A DNA stretch of 63,983 bases, the filler included, from Collodictyon triciliatum (Eukaryota): assembly GCA_043381765.1 (NCBI GenBank). It is 8 parts of 8 records of this genome, joined end to end, with 100 filler letters (N's around TTAATTAATTAA, not from the genome) between each part and the next. Parts side by side here need not be neighbours in the genome. Positions count along the whole stretch, not along the records: positions 8,856 to 17,605 come from JBHJMP010003298.1; positions 17,706 to 26,451 come from JBHJMP010003299.1; positions 26,552 to 35,297 come from JBHJMP010003300.1; 5 more parts are not named here. One strand, given 5' to 3'. Below the pieces are notes generated by a model. It was not told where the DNA came from. It did not search any database and worked only from the letters and a program-made list of their open reading frames with translations. Positions 12,932-26,669 of this stretch are shown here, one piece after another (positions within the stretch are counted from its first letter, which is position 1; the number at the start of each line of letters is the position of its first letter). The position numbers and the translations under genes were made by a program.

Positions 12932-15900
12932 ATGCCTCGAGCAGCCTTTGCTGTCAAGATCAGCGCGCTAACGTCAAGCCGATCTGAGCGACCTGCGACA
13001 TGTCCAGCGATTCGCCGCTATTCAAACCCTCTCTGCAGTCCTGGTATCACCGCTGCTCTACCTTCTTCCTCTTCCCCGCCTTTGCACCCACACGATTCGG
13101 AAGTATATCAACGGTACTTTGAGAAGTATGCCTCGGGTTAGTTTTCGTATTTCATTTATTTTATTACTCCAGTTAACCCCGTCTATTTTGGTCTTGGACG
13201 CTATGTTTGTGTTTTATTTTCTCTTCTTCCTTTTATACATACACGTGGGTAGGTGATGTTTCTAAATGAAAAAAAAAACGCTTTGTCTTTGGGGTTTGTG
13301 CAGCTCAAGGGCATCAAATGGTATTGCCCAATGCAAGGTCTGAAAAGCTACGAGATCAGCTGGCTGAATTCGAGAAAGCGCTCTTCCTGCAGAGAACTAT
13401 CAGTATGGCCAGCGATAGTCGCGATAAGTTGCAGGTTTGGTCGCTGCCTTATAGTGTATTATCTTCAATCCTTTTGTATTCCTTGTTTTTTCTTTTTGGT
13501 TTTATAGTTATTTATTTTTCAATTAAATTTAAAAAGGATTACCATATATCGCGAATTATGTGTGCTTGGTATTTAATGAATGTCCTCAATTGCGGGCAGA
13601 TTCTTCTGGCATCTGGGTCGTGGGCGAGTTTGCATCTCCATCCGCTGACTTCTGATGTGTCACAGATTGTCATCGAAAAGCCGAGTAGCTCCTCCATATC
13701 ACCAAGCTCAGTGACGTTATGTATGTTGAGGCCTTTTATCATAAACCCATATAGTAAACCATTCAAAGGTATTCTATTATTCATTACACTTGTCCCGTAA
13801 CCGGCTAATGAGACAAAAATCATTCTTCATTAATTCAACTCAGCATGTCACAAAGATGGTGGTTCTGTATATGTTGTTGACCATCGTTCTGTCTTTATCA
13901 TCGATGGGAAGAGAGGACCACTTGGGGATTTATCGAGTAAAAAAATGACTTCTCGCAAGGTTTTTTTTTTTCATCAGTACTTACCAAACAGAAAATACCC
14001 AAAGTTCTTACTGGACCAATATTTTGGAATAATTTATTCATCTTCCTAATCTCTTGATGGTAATTGTCCAACAGATAGAATTTGAAACCAATTGTATACA
14101 AGTCGATGCTAGTGAAGACTTTTATATTATTGTTATTCAGACCGAAAACAGTATATCTATATATGGAACCTTACATGACAAGTTTGTATATTATTCACGG
14201 ATTATACCTGCCCATTTTTCTGACGAGCGTGCATTTGGATATTCGATCAATCATCTACGCACTTAATTGAACGGCATCTCTCTTGTTGAACTATGAAGGG
14301 ACTTGAAAATATATCCTATAGCCAAGCTTCAAGGAAAAGGCGTAATTAGAGATATAAAAGTCGCGTATGATTCTCATTATTATTCGTTACTATTTTATTT
14401 CTAATATGCTCATCTTTGAGATTAAGATTGAACTGTTTTTTTTTTCCTTTATCAGATTCAAAGTTGATATAGATTGAGTATTACTGTACCAAATATTATG
14501 GAAGGCATATTTTGTAACTTCATTCATGTTGTTCAATAGGAAAGAACAGGCATTTTATCACATTCATGTTATGCAACAACCCTACGAAGATTCGTCTGAC
14601 TTGGTTCATGTTTTGTATGAATGTAATGGCAAAAAGGTGATCATGTAAAACGATTTCATTTTTTTCTATTCATCATGGCCTATTTCATAAGCGAGTTTAA
14701 ATGAGATGGGGTTTTAATCAAACGGGGAAAGCTATTATTTCCTTACTAATATTGAACCTTTAGATATCCAAGGTAAAATCAACGACCATCAAACTCATTT
14801 CGAGGGTTTTTTGTGTCTCGCTTGCTCCTCAAGGGAGTATCATGTGGATGGTAACTTTTTTTTTTTTTTTACGGCTTAATCCTTACATTCTCAGTTTTTT
14901 TTCTCAAAGTCCTGTTGCTTGGTACTGTTTCTTTTATCTGAAGTAATTGATTGTTGAAAGTTGAGTTTTCTTAATAGGGATGTGAAGATGGTGGAATATT
15001 GTGCTACGATTATTCTGCAGACGTTGTCAAAAGAAAACAGACCGGATATGGAGTATAGCGATTTCTATCTTATTATGATTTCTATTTTTTTTCGGTATTT
15101 GTCATTTTATTATGTTTTTTTTTATTGTATTGTTTCTTTCTGTTTTATCAAAGTAAATTTCTGTTCCTATTTTTGAATTCTTTCGATAGTCTAAATCTTT
15201 CTGTTTTTTCAAGCAATACATCCTCAAATACCTTATTCAGAATGATTCTTGTACTACTGTAGGCTATCCTTAGTTTAACATGGCACCCTCATTCATCTTT
15301 TGTAGTTGCAATACACAAAGGAGGTGTAATGAGGTATACATAAACACATTTTAAAAATCGTGACGTAGTTATGTTGAATTGATTAACAAAATACCCGCTA
15401 CAATATTTCTGATATATCTATTTATCTATACCAAAGAAGTGAATTAGCCACAAAATAAAAAATATAGTTGGTCTGTAGGTGTTATGATGTTGGATCTTAT
15501 TCTTTAGACTTTGTGGTCGAAGGCCTTGACCCTACGCAAAACTTGAGCCTTCCTGAAATGCTAGGGTGCTCTTCAATACTCAACTATACAATTTTATATG
15601 GTCGGCTAAGCCAGTATGTATCTTTTACAGGGGATAACGCAATCAACACCTTTTTAGTTTCCAGACAGGTATAAAGCACGTACACTGGTGCTTGGGCTCT
15701 GACCTTGCACGTCCCAACCCGAACACGTGTGACATTCTCGCCATTTGCCTAGAAAGGTTTTTTTTTTAAAAAAAAAAAATAGCAATCTAAGTTAGCGAGG
15801 GAAAAAAATATGAGTGATGTTTCTGTGAATGATTACTTATATTGCTAGTAAGTTTGATTTCTTGCATAGAGGTCCGGTTGTAATCGTCCGTTTTGAACTT

Positions 15901-17420
15901 GGCATTTTTTCGGAGGGATACATACGTCCGAGAGAAATTGTTAACCTTCGCATCGACTCAGCAGAATGGGAAAAAGTAATTCAATTTTCATAGATATACT
16001 TGTCCAAAGATGGCACGCATTTAGCATATAAAACAATCACCCTGGAATATATTATAAAAAAGCGGGAAAGGTTATTAATAATCAATAAAATGGATGTATA
16101 CCTTATATTCCCATCTTTACATTTCTTTATGTGAAGTTTTGGAAACTAACTCGGTGCTGTGATTCTGTGTGCGGAATCTAGGCTGCTGAGATTATTCAAG
16201 CACTTTCTTCTCCTGAGGAGAAATGCGTTTGTTTCTCAATGATGTTTATGCGACTTCTGAAAATGAGCGACTCTGATGGTATGCAGTAATTTTTGACAAG
16301 CACATCTAAATGTGAACGTGGTTTTCATGACGAGAAAAGACAATATATTATCCAAAACATTATTCCCAGAAATCATGGACAAAATGTTCTCTCGATTCTG
16401 GAACACATTTTCATCTGAAAAAAGTCGCATATATCACCCAATTCGTCAATTATTTCTTCGATACTTCTATCGGTATCTTAGGTTATTTTTGTCATAACAA
16501 ATCTATGCAATTGTAAAGTTATGGAATAAGTGTGAACAATAATTGTACATGCAGTGCTGTTAACCCATCTACTTCGTTTCAGAATAGGATACTTTGAAAA
16601 GGCATTCAATATTGCCGAGAGCATGAAATCTAAAACTTTATTTGAGGTTTCGCAATACTTTCTTTTCTCTCTTTTCTCTCTTTTCTCTCTTTTCTCTCTT
16701 TTCTCTCTTTTCTCTCTTTTCTCTCTTTTCTCTCTTTTCTCTCTTTTCTCTCTTTTCTTTTTTTCTTTTATTTAAAACCCCAATTAAGTATTCGAATTCG
16801 TTGACAGCAAACTATCGCTGTTCACATAATCCGTATACCTCTCTTAGGACATTCACGCTTGGGCTGGTCACAAGGGAGAATATCTCATCCAAGTTTGTTC
16901 CATTCTCTATACAACCTATTTCTAAGTTCGATTTGTCTTCCTTATCTTATGCAGATTGGATAAAAGAAATTGATATATTTTTTTAAAAAAGGCTTGAGTT
17001 GGTCTGGTTCGCTGTGACTGTGAACACATGTATAAGATAATAAATATGCGAAGTGTCGGGTGTTTATTGCTGTTTCATGTAGGCAGCTGCCGCAAAAAAG
17101 TTGAAAGGTTTCAATATCGATGTGGAACTATCAGACATGGTCCCAGAAATCCCAGAAAGCTACACGACTGCCCGCCGTATGTGACTCCCGACTTAATCCA
17201 CGATACTTCTCGTTACTATCCACAAACCCTGAGTTACAGCCGAGGCACAAATCCCTCAACTTTTTTTTCCGTATATGTGCAAAGATTTCATAATTTATAT
17301 TTGTATTCTATTATCAAAACTAATATCTAAACTATCGCGTGTCTACTGCGAAAAGCCTTGGAGGCTCTCCTCAAACTCACGTGGGAAGAGCTCTCAAAGC
17401 AGGAGGCCATGACCGTTGGT
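12932..17420 (+). CDS. WDPCP: WD repeat-containing planar cell polarity effector (Fritz/WDPCP) homolog, multi-exon; 3' end approximate
   Basis: Exon peptides NARSEKLRDQLAEFEKAL...KLQ/ILLASGSWASL...SQIVIEK, WHPHSSFVVAIHKGGVMRCYDVGSYSL and RIGYFEKAFNIAESMKSKTLFE parallel remembered WDPCP motifs (NKRPEKLRDSLKELEEL; WHPSGAILLVGS..GELQIFD; EKAFLLAVD....DLFM). Confidence 0.75.
16661..16760. repeat. Intronic (CTTTTCTCT)n microsatellite
   Basis: Tandem 9-mer read directly; produces the spurious FSLFSL ORFs. Confidence 0.95.
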
Positions 17421-17503
17421 GAGTTTGTGTAGTTTGTGCACGAGGCGAACAAATAATTGCGAACAGAGAAAATAAGGGCATCCGCTAAAGAATGCTTATT
17501 GCT

Positions 17504-17605
17504 TGTTTTTGTTTTTGTTTTTGTTTTTGTTTTTGTTTTTGTTTTTGTTTTTGTTTTTGTTTTTGTTTTTGTTTTTGTTTTTGTTTTTGTTTTTGTTTTT
17601 GTTTT
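17504..17605. repeat. (TTTTTG)n microsatellite at contig end
   Basis: Tandem hexamer read directly. Confidence 0.95.
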
Positions 17606-18489
17606 NNNNNNNNNNNNNNNNNNNNNNNNNNNNNNNNNNNNNNNNNNNNTTAATTAATTAANNNNNNNNNNNNNNNNNNNNNNNNNNNNNNNNNNNNNNN
17701 NNNNNTATTCTCTTTTTTTATTCTCTTTTTTTATTCTCTTTTTTTATTCTCTTTTTTTATTCTCTTTTTTTATTCTCTTTTTTTATTTTCTTTTTCATTC
17801 TCTTTTGAATCTCTCATTTTAAGTCTCTTTCTCTCCTTTTCCCTGAATTTCTTCCTGGTGAGTGTTGGAAATTCTGTTTGGAAAGTAAAATGCTAAATCG
17901 GTCGATGGATTCTTTGTTTTGACACATTCAAATCTGGAAAGTGTTACATCCGGGTCGATCTTGATCTTAAGTCACCGCTGAATCACAGTTTCATTCGTGA
18001 ATTTATAGCCATGATTGTGATGTTGAAACAGAAGAGGTCGGCAGGTCCAAGGCGAATTATACTGTCAGGAGCGCGATGGCAAACGGTTTAATGCATGACG
18101 CGATGAATTTATATATGAGTGATTAAGCTGCGATGACCCATCGACAAATGGAAAAATTGTTGAGCAGCAAAGCCATCTTGGCCAGCCAACGGATGCAGAG
18201 AAAGTCACGACGGGAAGCGCAAAATCTGTCAAGCTTCTGCCTTAATCCAACGCAACTTGTTTGTGTGCCCCTTGTATCTCGTGCGACGATTTAATCCCAT
18301 GCTGAAAGGTCGCCAAGGTCCTATTAATTTCACATCAATCCATTTATCTATATTCGAAGGGACACTTTTTGGCTATAGTTAGGATATTTAAAGGAAAAGA
18401 GTAGGAAATGAAAGGAAAGTTAGAGAATTGATAAAGATGTGATTTTTTGGAATGTGATGGAATTATGAATTAACTGTTTAGGGTATACA

Positions 18490-19900
18490 TACCTCAGGTG
18501 CTGAGAGGGCTGACGAGAAGGTCTCTTTCTTGATTGCAGGCGCCTGGATAAATTAAATGGCGACAAAATATAAGGGAAAGCGGACCTTCAAACTAGATAA
18601 AACTTTGAGATTTTATAGCCTGATAGCGTAATGCAAACCACTATGACTTTGGGTGCTTTGATTTCAGGCTCCATTCCTAACTCGCTGAAGATATCGATAC
18701 TAGTGAAGCAAAGGAAAATATTAAAAAAAAAGGATTTTTTTGTTATGTTAATATAGTTTTGTTGTTTAAATCCTTGTTGGTTTTTTTATTGATTGTTAAA
18801 TAATAATGTAATTCATTAATCGAATACACGGATAGCAGATTTTTTTCTAATAAAAGAATATGCGTGTTGCAATTAACTCTCATGGTGTAATGTTGACAAT
18901 ATGTCCGAGATTAAGAAATAAACGCATGTGTTCTATGCTTATGCTGTGGTCAGCTTTTTGAATTTCCATACTCATCTGATGCAGCAATTTCCTCTTTCTG
19001 GCCAAGAATCAGCTTCGTTTGCGATGATACTGCTGGAGGTGGAGGTGGAGGGTTCAGCTTTCCACTCTACAGGAAAAGAGGAAAACATAATATAAGACAT
19101 GGGAGCGATGTTTTGTTCAATTTAGTTCACTAGCTAATCATACATGAATATATCACGATGAAAAAGGTTCTTGGTGACAATGCATATCGCAAGATTAACT
19201 CACATTGACACGCGGCATTGATGAGGAGGCAAAAGATATAGGTTGTTTCGACTGAGAACCAGCTCCATCTAGAGAAGATGCAGTTCCTGTTCGTGTACTC
19301 GCATATGAAGCCGATGTATGAGGTGCCACACTAACAGATGGAGAATCTGAGAAGCCTGGCTCAACCCTCGGCACAACGTAAGGCTGTCTCTGTTCTTTCT
19401 TGAATGGCTGTGTCGTTAGATCGAGAGCCTCGAAATCATCGTCATCATCTTCATCAAGTTCGTCATCCTCAGGGTTTCCGTCTCGCTTATGTCTGCGCTG
19501 CTCGAAGGACTCGTCGCTATCAGATGCCTCTTCAAATTGGGGGCGGGTCGGTTGTGGTGGAATAACGGCAGGAGACCCTAATGTCCGCGACGAGACACCT
19601 ATTGATTCCTTTGGGGCGGGAGTTGGCCGATGAGTTTCCTTTGTAGCAATTGAGGCAGTACCCTGAATCTCTATGAAGTGTGAATGTAATATTTAGTTTA
19701 AATTATCTATCGGATGTAAATGAAAAAAAAATATTGTTTCATACAAATAATTAGTCTACAGAATGAACATCATGTATTGGTTGAAGCACCATAATGCGAG
19801 CTGTTTATACCTGGCTTGCTTGACACAGGCTGAACTTCGCTGTTTCTGGATTGTGCCCAATCATCCCAATCTTCCTCTTCCTCGTCCCCATCCAGGCGCT
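18490..19900 (-). CDS. Multi-exon hypothetical protein with acidic, low-complexity segments; boundaries uncertain
   Basis: Higher-GC minus-strand blocks with splice-like borders encode e.g. RLDGDEEEDWDDW, EEASDSDESFEQRRHKRDGNPEDDELDEDDDDDF and IDIFSELGMEPEIKAPKVI. No family recognised. Confidence 0.4.
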
Positions 19901-21502
19901 TATAGCAAATGAATTAAGAAATGTGAGACCACCAAGATAGTGCATTAGAAATGACTACAATTCTTTTCTTAAAAAAAAAAAAGAATGATCTTTCTAATAG
20001 ATAATTTGTTGGTACTGAAATGTTCATTCACACCGTGCTGAAATCAAATATGGGGTTGTCAAGAAGATAATACAACATATCTAAAAATGTTTGCACAAAA
20101 AAAAATAGGATAGGTGAACAAACAAGATACAACGACATAACCCCTTGGTTTGAAATCATTTGGTATACTGATTTAGAAAGAAGAAAAGGACCCGCTACCT
20201 GCAACTCACTGTTGTCTCGACTGGTTAGATGATACGACTTAGGTTGGGATGAAACAAAGCAGAAGCAGAAAGTTGACAACAAACGATCACTGAGCGACTG
20301 GCTGCCCATGACTATTGAATAACATGGTGAAGATATAACGCAAAAAGAATATAGACTCATCAGATTCGACGAAAATCTCGAAACAATCAAGAATTATAAT
20401 TACGAGTGAGAGTAAAACATGATAATAAGATTTTTGTTCCTTCATACAATTAAGATAAATAATATGTAAATAAGATAAAACAACCCATCAGAGGAGAAAG
20501 GACTAACGATGCAACACGAAAGAATGTAAAAGAAGAAGAAAGCGTCTCGCCCTTGCAAGTGCCTCGTTGAAGAAAAAAACATAGAATGCATCGCGGTAAT
20601 TCTTCTCCCAGAACCAAAGTATTATGCAACAACAAAAGAAAAAAAAGGGGAAAGGGGAAGAGGTGGGAAAAGCGTAGAAGAAAAGAAAGGAAATAGGGAA
20701 TAATAGTGCAGAAGGGGTGAATATATGTGGCAGAGGCTCTTTGTATGCATAAACGATCGCTTTGCTGCGTTGATTGGGGCGTTGTTTTGCGTTGTGATTT
20801 GTTTCGACGGGTGCCCAAGAACAGGCGGACAAATAGGCGCCGGTATCTCCAGAAGATGCCCCACAAACCTTGTACAACGAATATTTCTAAATATGGTAAT
20901 ATAATTTGGTATGATTACTCATAGTATGTTCGGAGATTGGTGCTTACCCAATTCTGGATGGCAGGCAAGTATATATATCCTCACAGGCAGCCAGTTTCGT
21001 TGCAGTGGGTTCAGCCAAAGATCACACTAGAAAGCTACAATCACAAAACATGCAACTAAGCCAACTTAAGAATCGAATCAGGAGCCCCACAAACAGCAAG
21101 GTAGAATGCAAGCAGAACGCGAACCACCCCAGGCTGGCACACTTGCCCCTAAAGACACAGTCCTAATCCTGCCGCTCGCCCTGCGCCAAGGAGAGCTTTC
21201 TGTGCTATTGCAAAACAGAGTCTTTGAAACAAACCATCCAGCGTAAGCTTAGCTTCCTTCTCCAACCTGCATACGCTCAACCAAATGCTCCTTAATTCAT
21301 TTTTCGCTTTGATCCATAACCTCCTCTTTTCCCTATCTCACACCGGCCTATCGAGTAGTGATTCTATCTTATTGCTTGTGTTGTGTGTATCTAAGTAACT
21401 CTGATCAAAACACTCAGCTGCTTCAGCGGGGTCCCGACTTCCAGACAGATCGTCTGCGACTCAGAGTCCGCCCTGTCCTTCACCGAAGACCTTCTCTACA
21501 CG

Positions 21503-23107
21503 ATGTCTGCTAATCCTCCTCTTATCCACACATTTATGGCCGATTTCAAAAGTCATTTTGACACAAAACAGCGCGTGATTTCCAGCACAGATGGCCGCAT
21601 TTATTTTGTACTGATTCCAGACATCTATATCGGTGACCTGAATCCAAACTTTGAGTCCATCGAAGGCCAGCTGGAGCATTATGTTTTCTGGTGGATCCGC
21701 CTGGCGGATTTGGTAGCCCGGGCGACAGACATCCAACGGTGGTTCGGTTACATCGACCCAAAGTTCGGTTGGACACACCAACCTGTCCACCAATACGAGC
21801 CTCAAATGAGTCGCTTCATCTCTAACGCAGAAGCTATTAAGGACCCGGCCTATTTATCCAAGCCCCCATCAATCCACTTGCCCTCTGATGAAATCGTCCG
21901 ACTTAAATACATCCCAGATTACTGGTATGTAAGAGAAACAGAAACGCACAAGTCATTCCTTGACTTTATTTCGACGGTAGAGGCAACGGAGGCCGTTCAT
22001 CGAGTGTATATGGAGTTCTCTCCAAAGACCCAATGCTTCGACGCAAAAATGACCTCACGGAGACAGGTAAATCTACAATCGCTGGACCATGGGGCGAAAG
22101 ATGCAATTGCTGAGGATTGGGGACGGAGACAAGGGTTGTATGAAGAACTTAGAGGAATGTACAGAAAGACAGAGACCGGGAGCGGAAGCGAGGTAGTGAG
22201 GGCGATAACGAACCACGAGTATGAGAACTCTGCAGAACTGGACTACGGCTATGCACTTAGACGCAAAAGATTACCAGCGGACCAGTATATCTGGCAAAAG
22301 AACCAGCTTGTGGAGATTCTGCCTCGTCTATATCTGACAAATCTTACTACCTCTAATGATGTGGCCCAGCTGAAGAGGCACGGAATCACGCACATTTTAC
22401 GCGCCACAGAAGCACCTCCTTCAGACCCTCATGTGCATATAACTTTTATTTGTTCTCAATACATCTTGCCCGTTCTCTACATACGCACTTGCGGCTCATA
22501 TTTATTCTTCCGATTTTTTTATTGGTACATGTGACAAAAAGAATAGTTAATCTCCAGCCCTAAATTCCTCAAGTAACACGCGTGAATCCTTTATATCATA
22601 GGAATTTGTGTACCATATCATTCCAGAGGAAGACGTGTGTACGACAAACTATCTCGAGTACATGGAATCCACAAACCTCTTTATCGACGCAGGTAGACGC
22701 GCGGGTGGCTGTCTGGTGCACTGGTGAGTTCCATCATTACTATCACCATCACCATCACTATCATCATCATCATCCTTCTTTTATTCTTTCTAATCCACCA
22801 AACAAACGCTGCCCACCACACTAGCATGGCGGGAATGTCCCGGTCGGTGACGTTTCTTGTGTCATACCTCGTGTCACAAGTGCTCGGAGGACAAAGCAGC
22901 GAGGCAGCCGTGAAGGCGTACTTTCATGTGCAGAAGCGCCGCAGTGTGGCGTGTCCAAACAACGGGTTTGTGCAGCAGCTTCTGCACTACCACCGGCTCC
23001 AGCGGCAGGAGCACGAAAAGTACGGCGCGCTGCCCACAGCGAGAGTTCTCCGGCAGCTCCACCGCGTCGCTTCCGCCATAGAAGGTGGCACCACGCAGCC
23101 ACAATAG
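21503..23107 (+). CDS. Dual-specificity protein phosphatase with long N-terminal extension (exons 21503-22432, 22602-22723, 22825-23107)
   Basis: EILPRLYLTN...LKRHGITHIL; the catalytic HCMAGMSRS is rebuilt across a GTGAGT..AG intron; KRRSVACPNNGFVQQL follows. Confidence 0.9.
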
Positions 23108-23253
23108 GACAGGAGAAGGCGTCGGCACTTGCTTCGACACGAACCTCGGCATAAACACAGAATCAGCAGGGAGGCTATCGAGTGTTTTTCTCTTTATGGT
23201 TGCGATACAGCCTAAGAAGAGGGACGAAGCGGGGCGGGGTTGCGTGGGGGCGC

Positions 23254-24857
23254 TTATTTCTTCTTGGCAGCACCCTTGGCGGCGGGGGCGGCACCACCCT
23301 TCTTGGTCTCGACCTTGCGGGTGACCTCCTTGATGACACCGACGGCGACGGTCTGGCGCATGTCACGGACGGCAAAGCGGCCGAGGGGAGGGTAGTTGGC
23401 ATAGGACTCGACGCACATGGGCTTGGAGGGGACGAGGGTGACGATGGCGGCGTCGCCCGACTTGATGAACTTGGGGGCAGCCTCGAGCTCCTTGCCAGAG
23501 CGGCGATCGATCTTGGTCTTGATGTCGGCGAACTTGCAGGCAATGTGGGCGGTGTGGCAGTCCAGCACCGGGGTGTAGCCGTTCTGGATCTGGCCGGGGT
23601 GGTTGAGCACAATGACCTGGGCCGAGAAGTCGGAGCACTCGAATGGGGGGTCGTTCTTGGTGTCGCCGGCGACAAAGCCGCGGCGGATGTCCTTGACCGA
23701 GACGTTCTTGACGTTGAAGCCGACGTTGTCTCCGGGCAGGGCCTCGGGCAGGGCCTCGTGGTGCATCTCGACCGACTTGACTTCGGTGCTCACACCCGAG
23801 GGCGCAAAGACGACAGTCATGTTGGGCTTGAGGATGCCGGTCTCGACACGGCCGACGGGCACGGTGCCGATGCCGCCGATCTTGTAGACGTCCTGCAGCG
23901 GCAGGCGCAGCGGCTTGTCCGTGGGGCGCTTGGGCGGCTCAATCAGGTCCAGTGCCTGCAGCAGGGTGGGGCCCTTGTACCAGGGCAGCAGGGGCGAGGC
24001 CTCAAGCATGTTGTCGCCGGTCCAGCCAGAGATCGGCACGAAGTTGACCTTCTCGGGGTTGTAGCCCACCTTCTTGATGTACGACGAGACCTCCTTCTTG
24101 ATTTCCTCGTAGCGCGACTCGGCGTAGTTGACCGTCTTGTCGTCGAACTTGTTGAGGGCGACGATCATCTGCTTCACACCGAGCGTGAAGGCCAGGAGGG
24201 CGTGCTCGCGGGTCTGGCCGTCCTTCGAGATACCGGCTTCGAAGCCTCCGGTCGTCGAGTCGATGACCAGGATGGCGCAATCGGCCTGCGAGGTTCCAGT
24301 GATCATGTTCTTGATAAAGTCGCGATGGCCGGGGGCGTCGATGATCGTGATGTAGTACTTGGGGGTCTCGAACTTCCACAGGGCAATGTCGATGGTGATA
24401 CCGCGTTCACGCTCGGCCTTCAGCTTGTCAAGCACCCAGGCGTACTTGAAGGAGCCCTTGCCCATTTCGGCGGCTTCCTTCTCGAACTTCTCAATGGTAC
24501 GCTTGTCAATACCACCGCATTTGTAGATGAGGTGGCCGGTGGTGGTGGACTTTCCAGAGTCGACGTGTCCAATGACCTAATAGTCCGGATGTTGGGTTGG
24601 TCGTGTGTCACTGGGTCTCACAGTAGGGCTTTGGCCACGTGAGAGTTCTAGGGGGTGGTGAGAGGCTGCTTGTGGTCAAGTGTGAGGGAAGGTGCGTCAA
24701 CTCGTCCTGGCCTCTAAGCGGAAGGCTAGTTGCTGCCTGGGCTCAGTTCGTGCCCCTCCCTCCAGCTTCTTGAGCCACAAGGTTGACTCTTCCCACGGGG
24801 AGAGGGAATGAGGGAAATACTTACGACAATGTTGATGTGAGTCTTCTCTTTGCCCAT
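23254..24857 (-). CDS. EF1A: Translation elongation factor 1-alpha (exons 24857-24825 and 24576-23254)
   Basis: [37 protein letters not shown]... through [23 protein letters not shown] intron at 24824-24577; strong C/G-ending codon bias. Confidence 0.99.
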
Positions 24858-26029
24858 TGCGATGCGAGGGGGTTAACGCTGTTGAGGTAGGTTGACGTGT
24901 ACCGAGGTTGTGGTGAAGTGAACGTGAGGCTTTGAGTGCTAAGGCGAAAAAATTGCAAAGAGGGCAGGCGAGAGCAATTGGTCCGTTTATATACGGTTCC
25001 ATAGGTTGTCTATGTGGTGGTCTTTGTTTTGTGGGCATAATTTTTTGTTTCATTTTCCTTTCGATACTCGACTTATTGGAATATTCCAAGAGAAAGCATT
25101 TGCTGGCGCCCATGGAATTACTTAGGGAACGGATGTCCATGGATTTCGCTCGTTGGTTTGGGCGAATTTCGGCTTCGCCGGTCTAAATGGGGAATATGGC
25201 TTTGAATGTTTTTGTTTTTTGGTTGTTTAGAACGGCCTTTATAATATATTCTATATATGGGATTGGATTCCAATAGCTTGAGTGGTTCCTGTTTTGGATT
25301 TTATCCGCATTTGAATAAAGACCACACCTCCGTACATAAATTGCTGCTATGTGTGGTCAATCGTCTCAATTGCTGCTATCTGTCTCGTCCGTCTTGCTCT
25401 TACTTAGATTGCACATTGCTAATGCGCGGCCAAAGCCTGGGANNNNNNNNNNNNNNNNNNNNNNNNNNNNNNNNNNNNNNNNNNNNNNNNNNNNNNNNNN
25501 NNNNNNNNNNNNNNNNNNNNNNNNNNNNNNNNNNNNNNNNNNNNNNNNNNNNNNNNNNNNNNNNNNNNNNNNNNNNNNNNNNNNNNNNNNNNNNNNNNNN
25601 NNNNNNNNNNNNNNNNNNNNNNNNNNNNNNNNNNNNNNNNNNNNNNNNNNNNNNNNNNNNNNNNNNNNNNNNNNNNNNNNNNNNNNNNNNNNNNNNNNNN
25701 NNNNNNNNNNNNNNNNNNNNNNNNNNNNNNNNNNNNNNNNNNNNNNNNNNNNNNNNNNNNNNNNNNNNNNNNNNNNNNNNNNNNNNNNNNNNNNNNNNNN
25801 NNNNNNNNNNNNNNNNNNNNNNNNNNNNNNNNNNNNNNNNNNNNNNNNNNNNNNNNNNNNNNNNNNNNNNNNNNNNNNNNNNNNNNNNNNNNNNNNNNNN
25901 NNNNNNNNNNNNNNNNNNNNNNNNNNNNNNNNNNNNNNNNAAAAAAAGAAAAAAAGAAAAAGGTATGAGATATAATTATAATAATAATATGCTAGAAAAT
26001 CCAAATATTTCTTTTTCGCTTATACAGTA

Positions 26030-26182
26030 CTAGATATATTTTGAGAGGAAATCTCGCCTTCTTCGAAGGCCATTAAGGAGGTTCTGTGTTTCTTGAATCT
26101 TGGCTTCCATCGCCGCCATATCGCCGCCACCACCACGCTTTTTTCTCTCCTCTAGGTAGCGAAGCCTCTTTTCACACGCTCT
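26030..26182 (-). CDS. Probable terminal exon of an unknown coiled-coil protein
   Basis: Open frame CEKRLRYLEERKKRGGGDMAAMEAKIQETQNLLNGLRRRRDFLSKYI* after an AT-rich intron-like stretch. Confidence 0.35.
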   Translation of the reverse strand, partial: RACEKRLRYLEERKKRGGGGDMAAMEAKIQETQNLLNGLRRRRDFLSKYI

Positions 26183-26551
26183 TGATTTTTTTTTTTTTGT
26201 GGTTAATTTACTATCAGGGTACAGGCACAGAATAAAGACATGGATTTATTTTCTCTGGGTAGCATTAAATTAGCAATACAAAGGGAACGGGTGATTATCC
26301 TATTCAAATAAGCTTAATCTTACTCGAGAGAACTTTGGAGCTGTAAAAGCTGTGATGATGCTTCCTTTTCGTCAGTTACTTGCTAAAAGAGATATAAATT
26401 TCATTCCATTAGAATTTGAAACTTGGAACAACTTGAGGGGGGGGGGGGGGANNNNNNNNNNNNNNNNNNNNNNNNNNNNNNNNNNNNNNNNNNNNTTAAT
26501 TAATTAANNNNNNNNNNNNNNNNNNNNNNNNNNNNNNNNNNNNNNNNNNNN

Positions 26552-26654
26552 ACATACATACATACATACATACATACATACATACATACATACATACATA
26601 CATACATACATACATACATACATACATACATACATACATACATACATACATACA
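26552..26654. repeat. (ATAC)n microsatellite at contig start
   Basis: Tandem tetramer read directly. Confidence 0.95.
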
Positions 26655-26669
26655 ATTATGTATTCACAG

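Noticed and set aside
16554-17657. Low-complexity ORFs (FSLFSL, FVFVFV; also poly-Y at 39565, poly-K at 35167, SIFYLL at 60572)
   Set aside because: These are translations of microsatellites.
23182-24642. 486-aa + strand ORF and other ORFs overlapping EF-1alpha
   Set aside because: Antisense or alternate-frame shadows of a GC3-rich, codon-biased gene.
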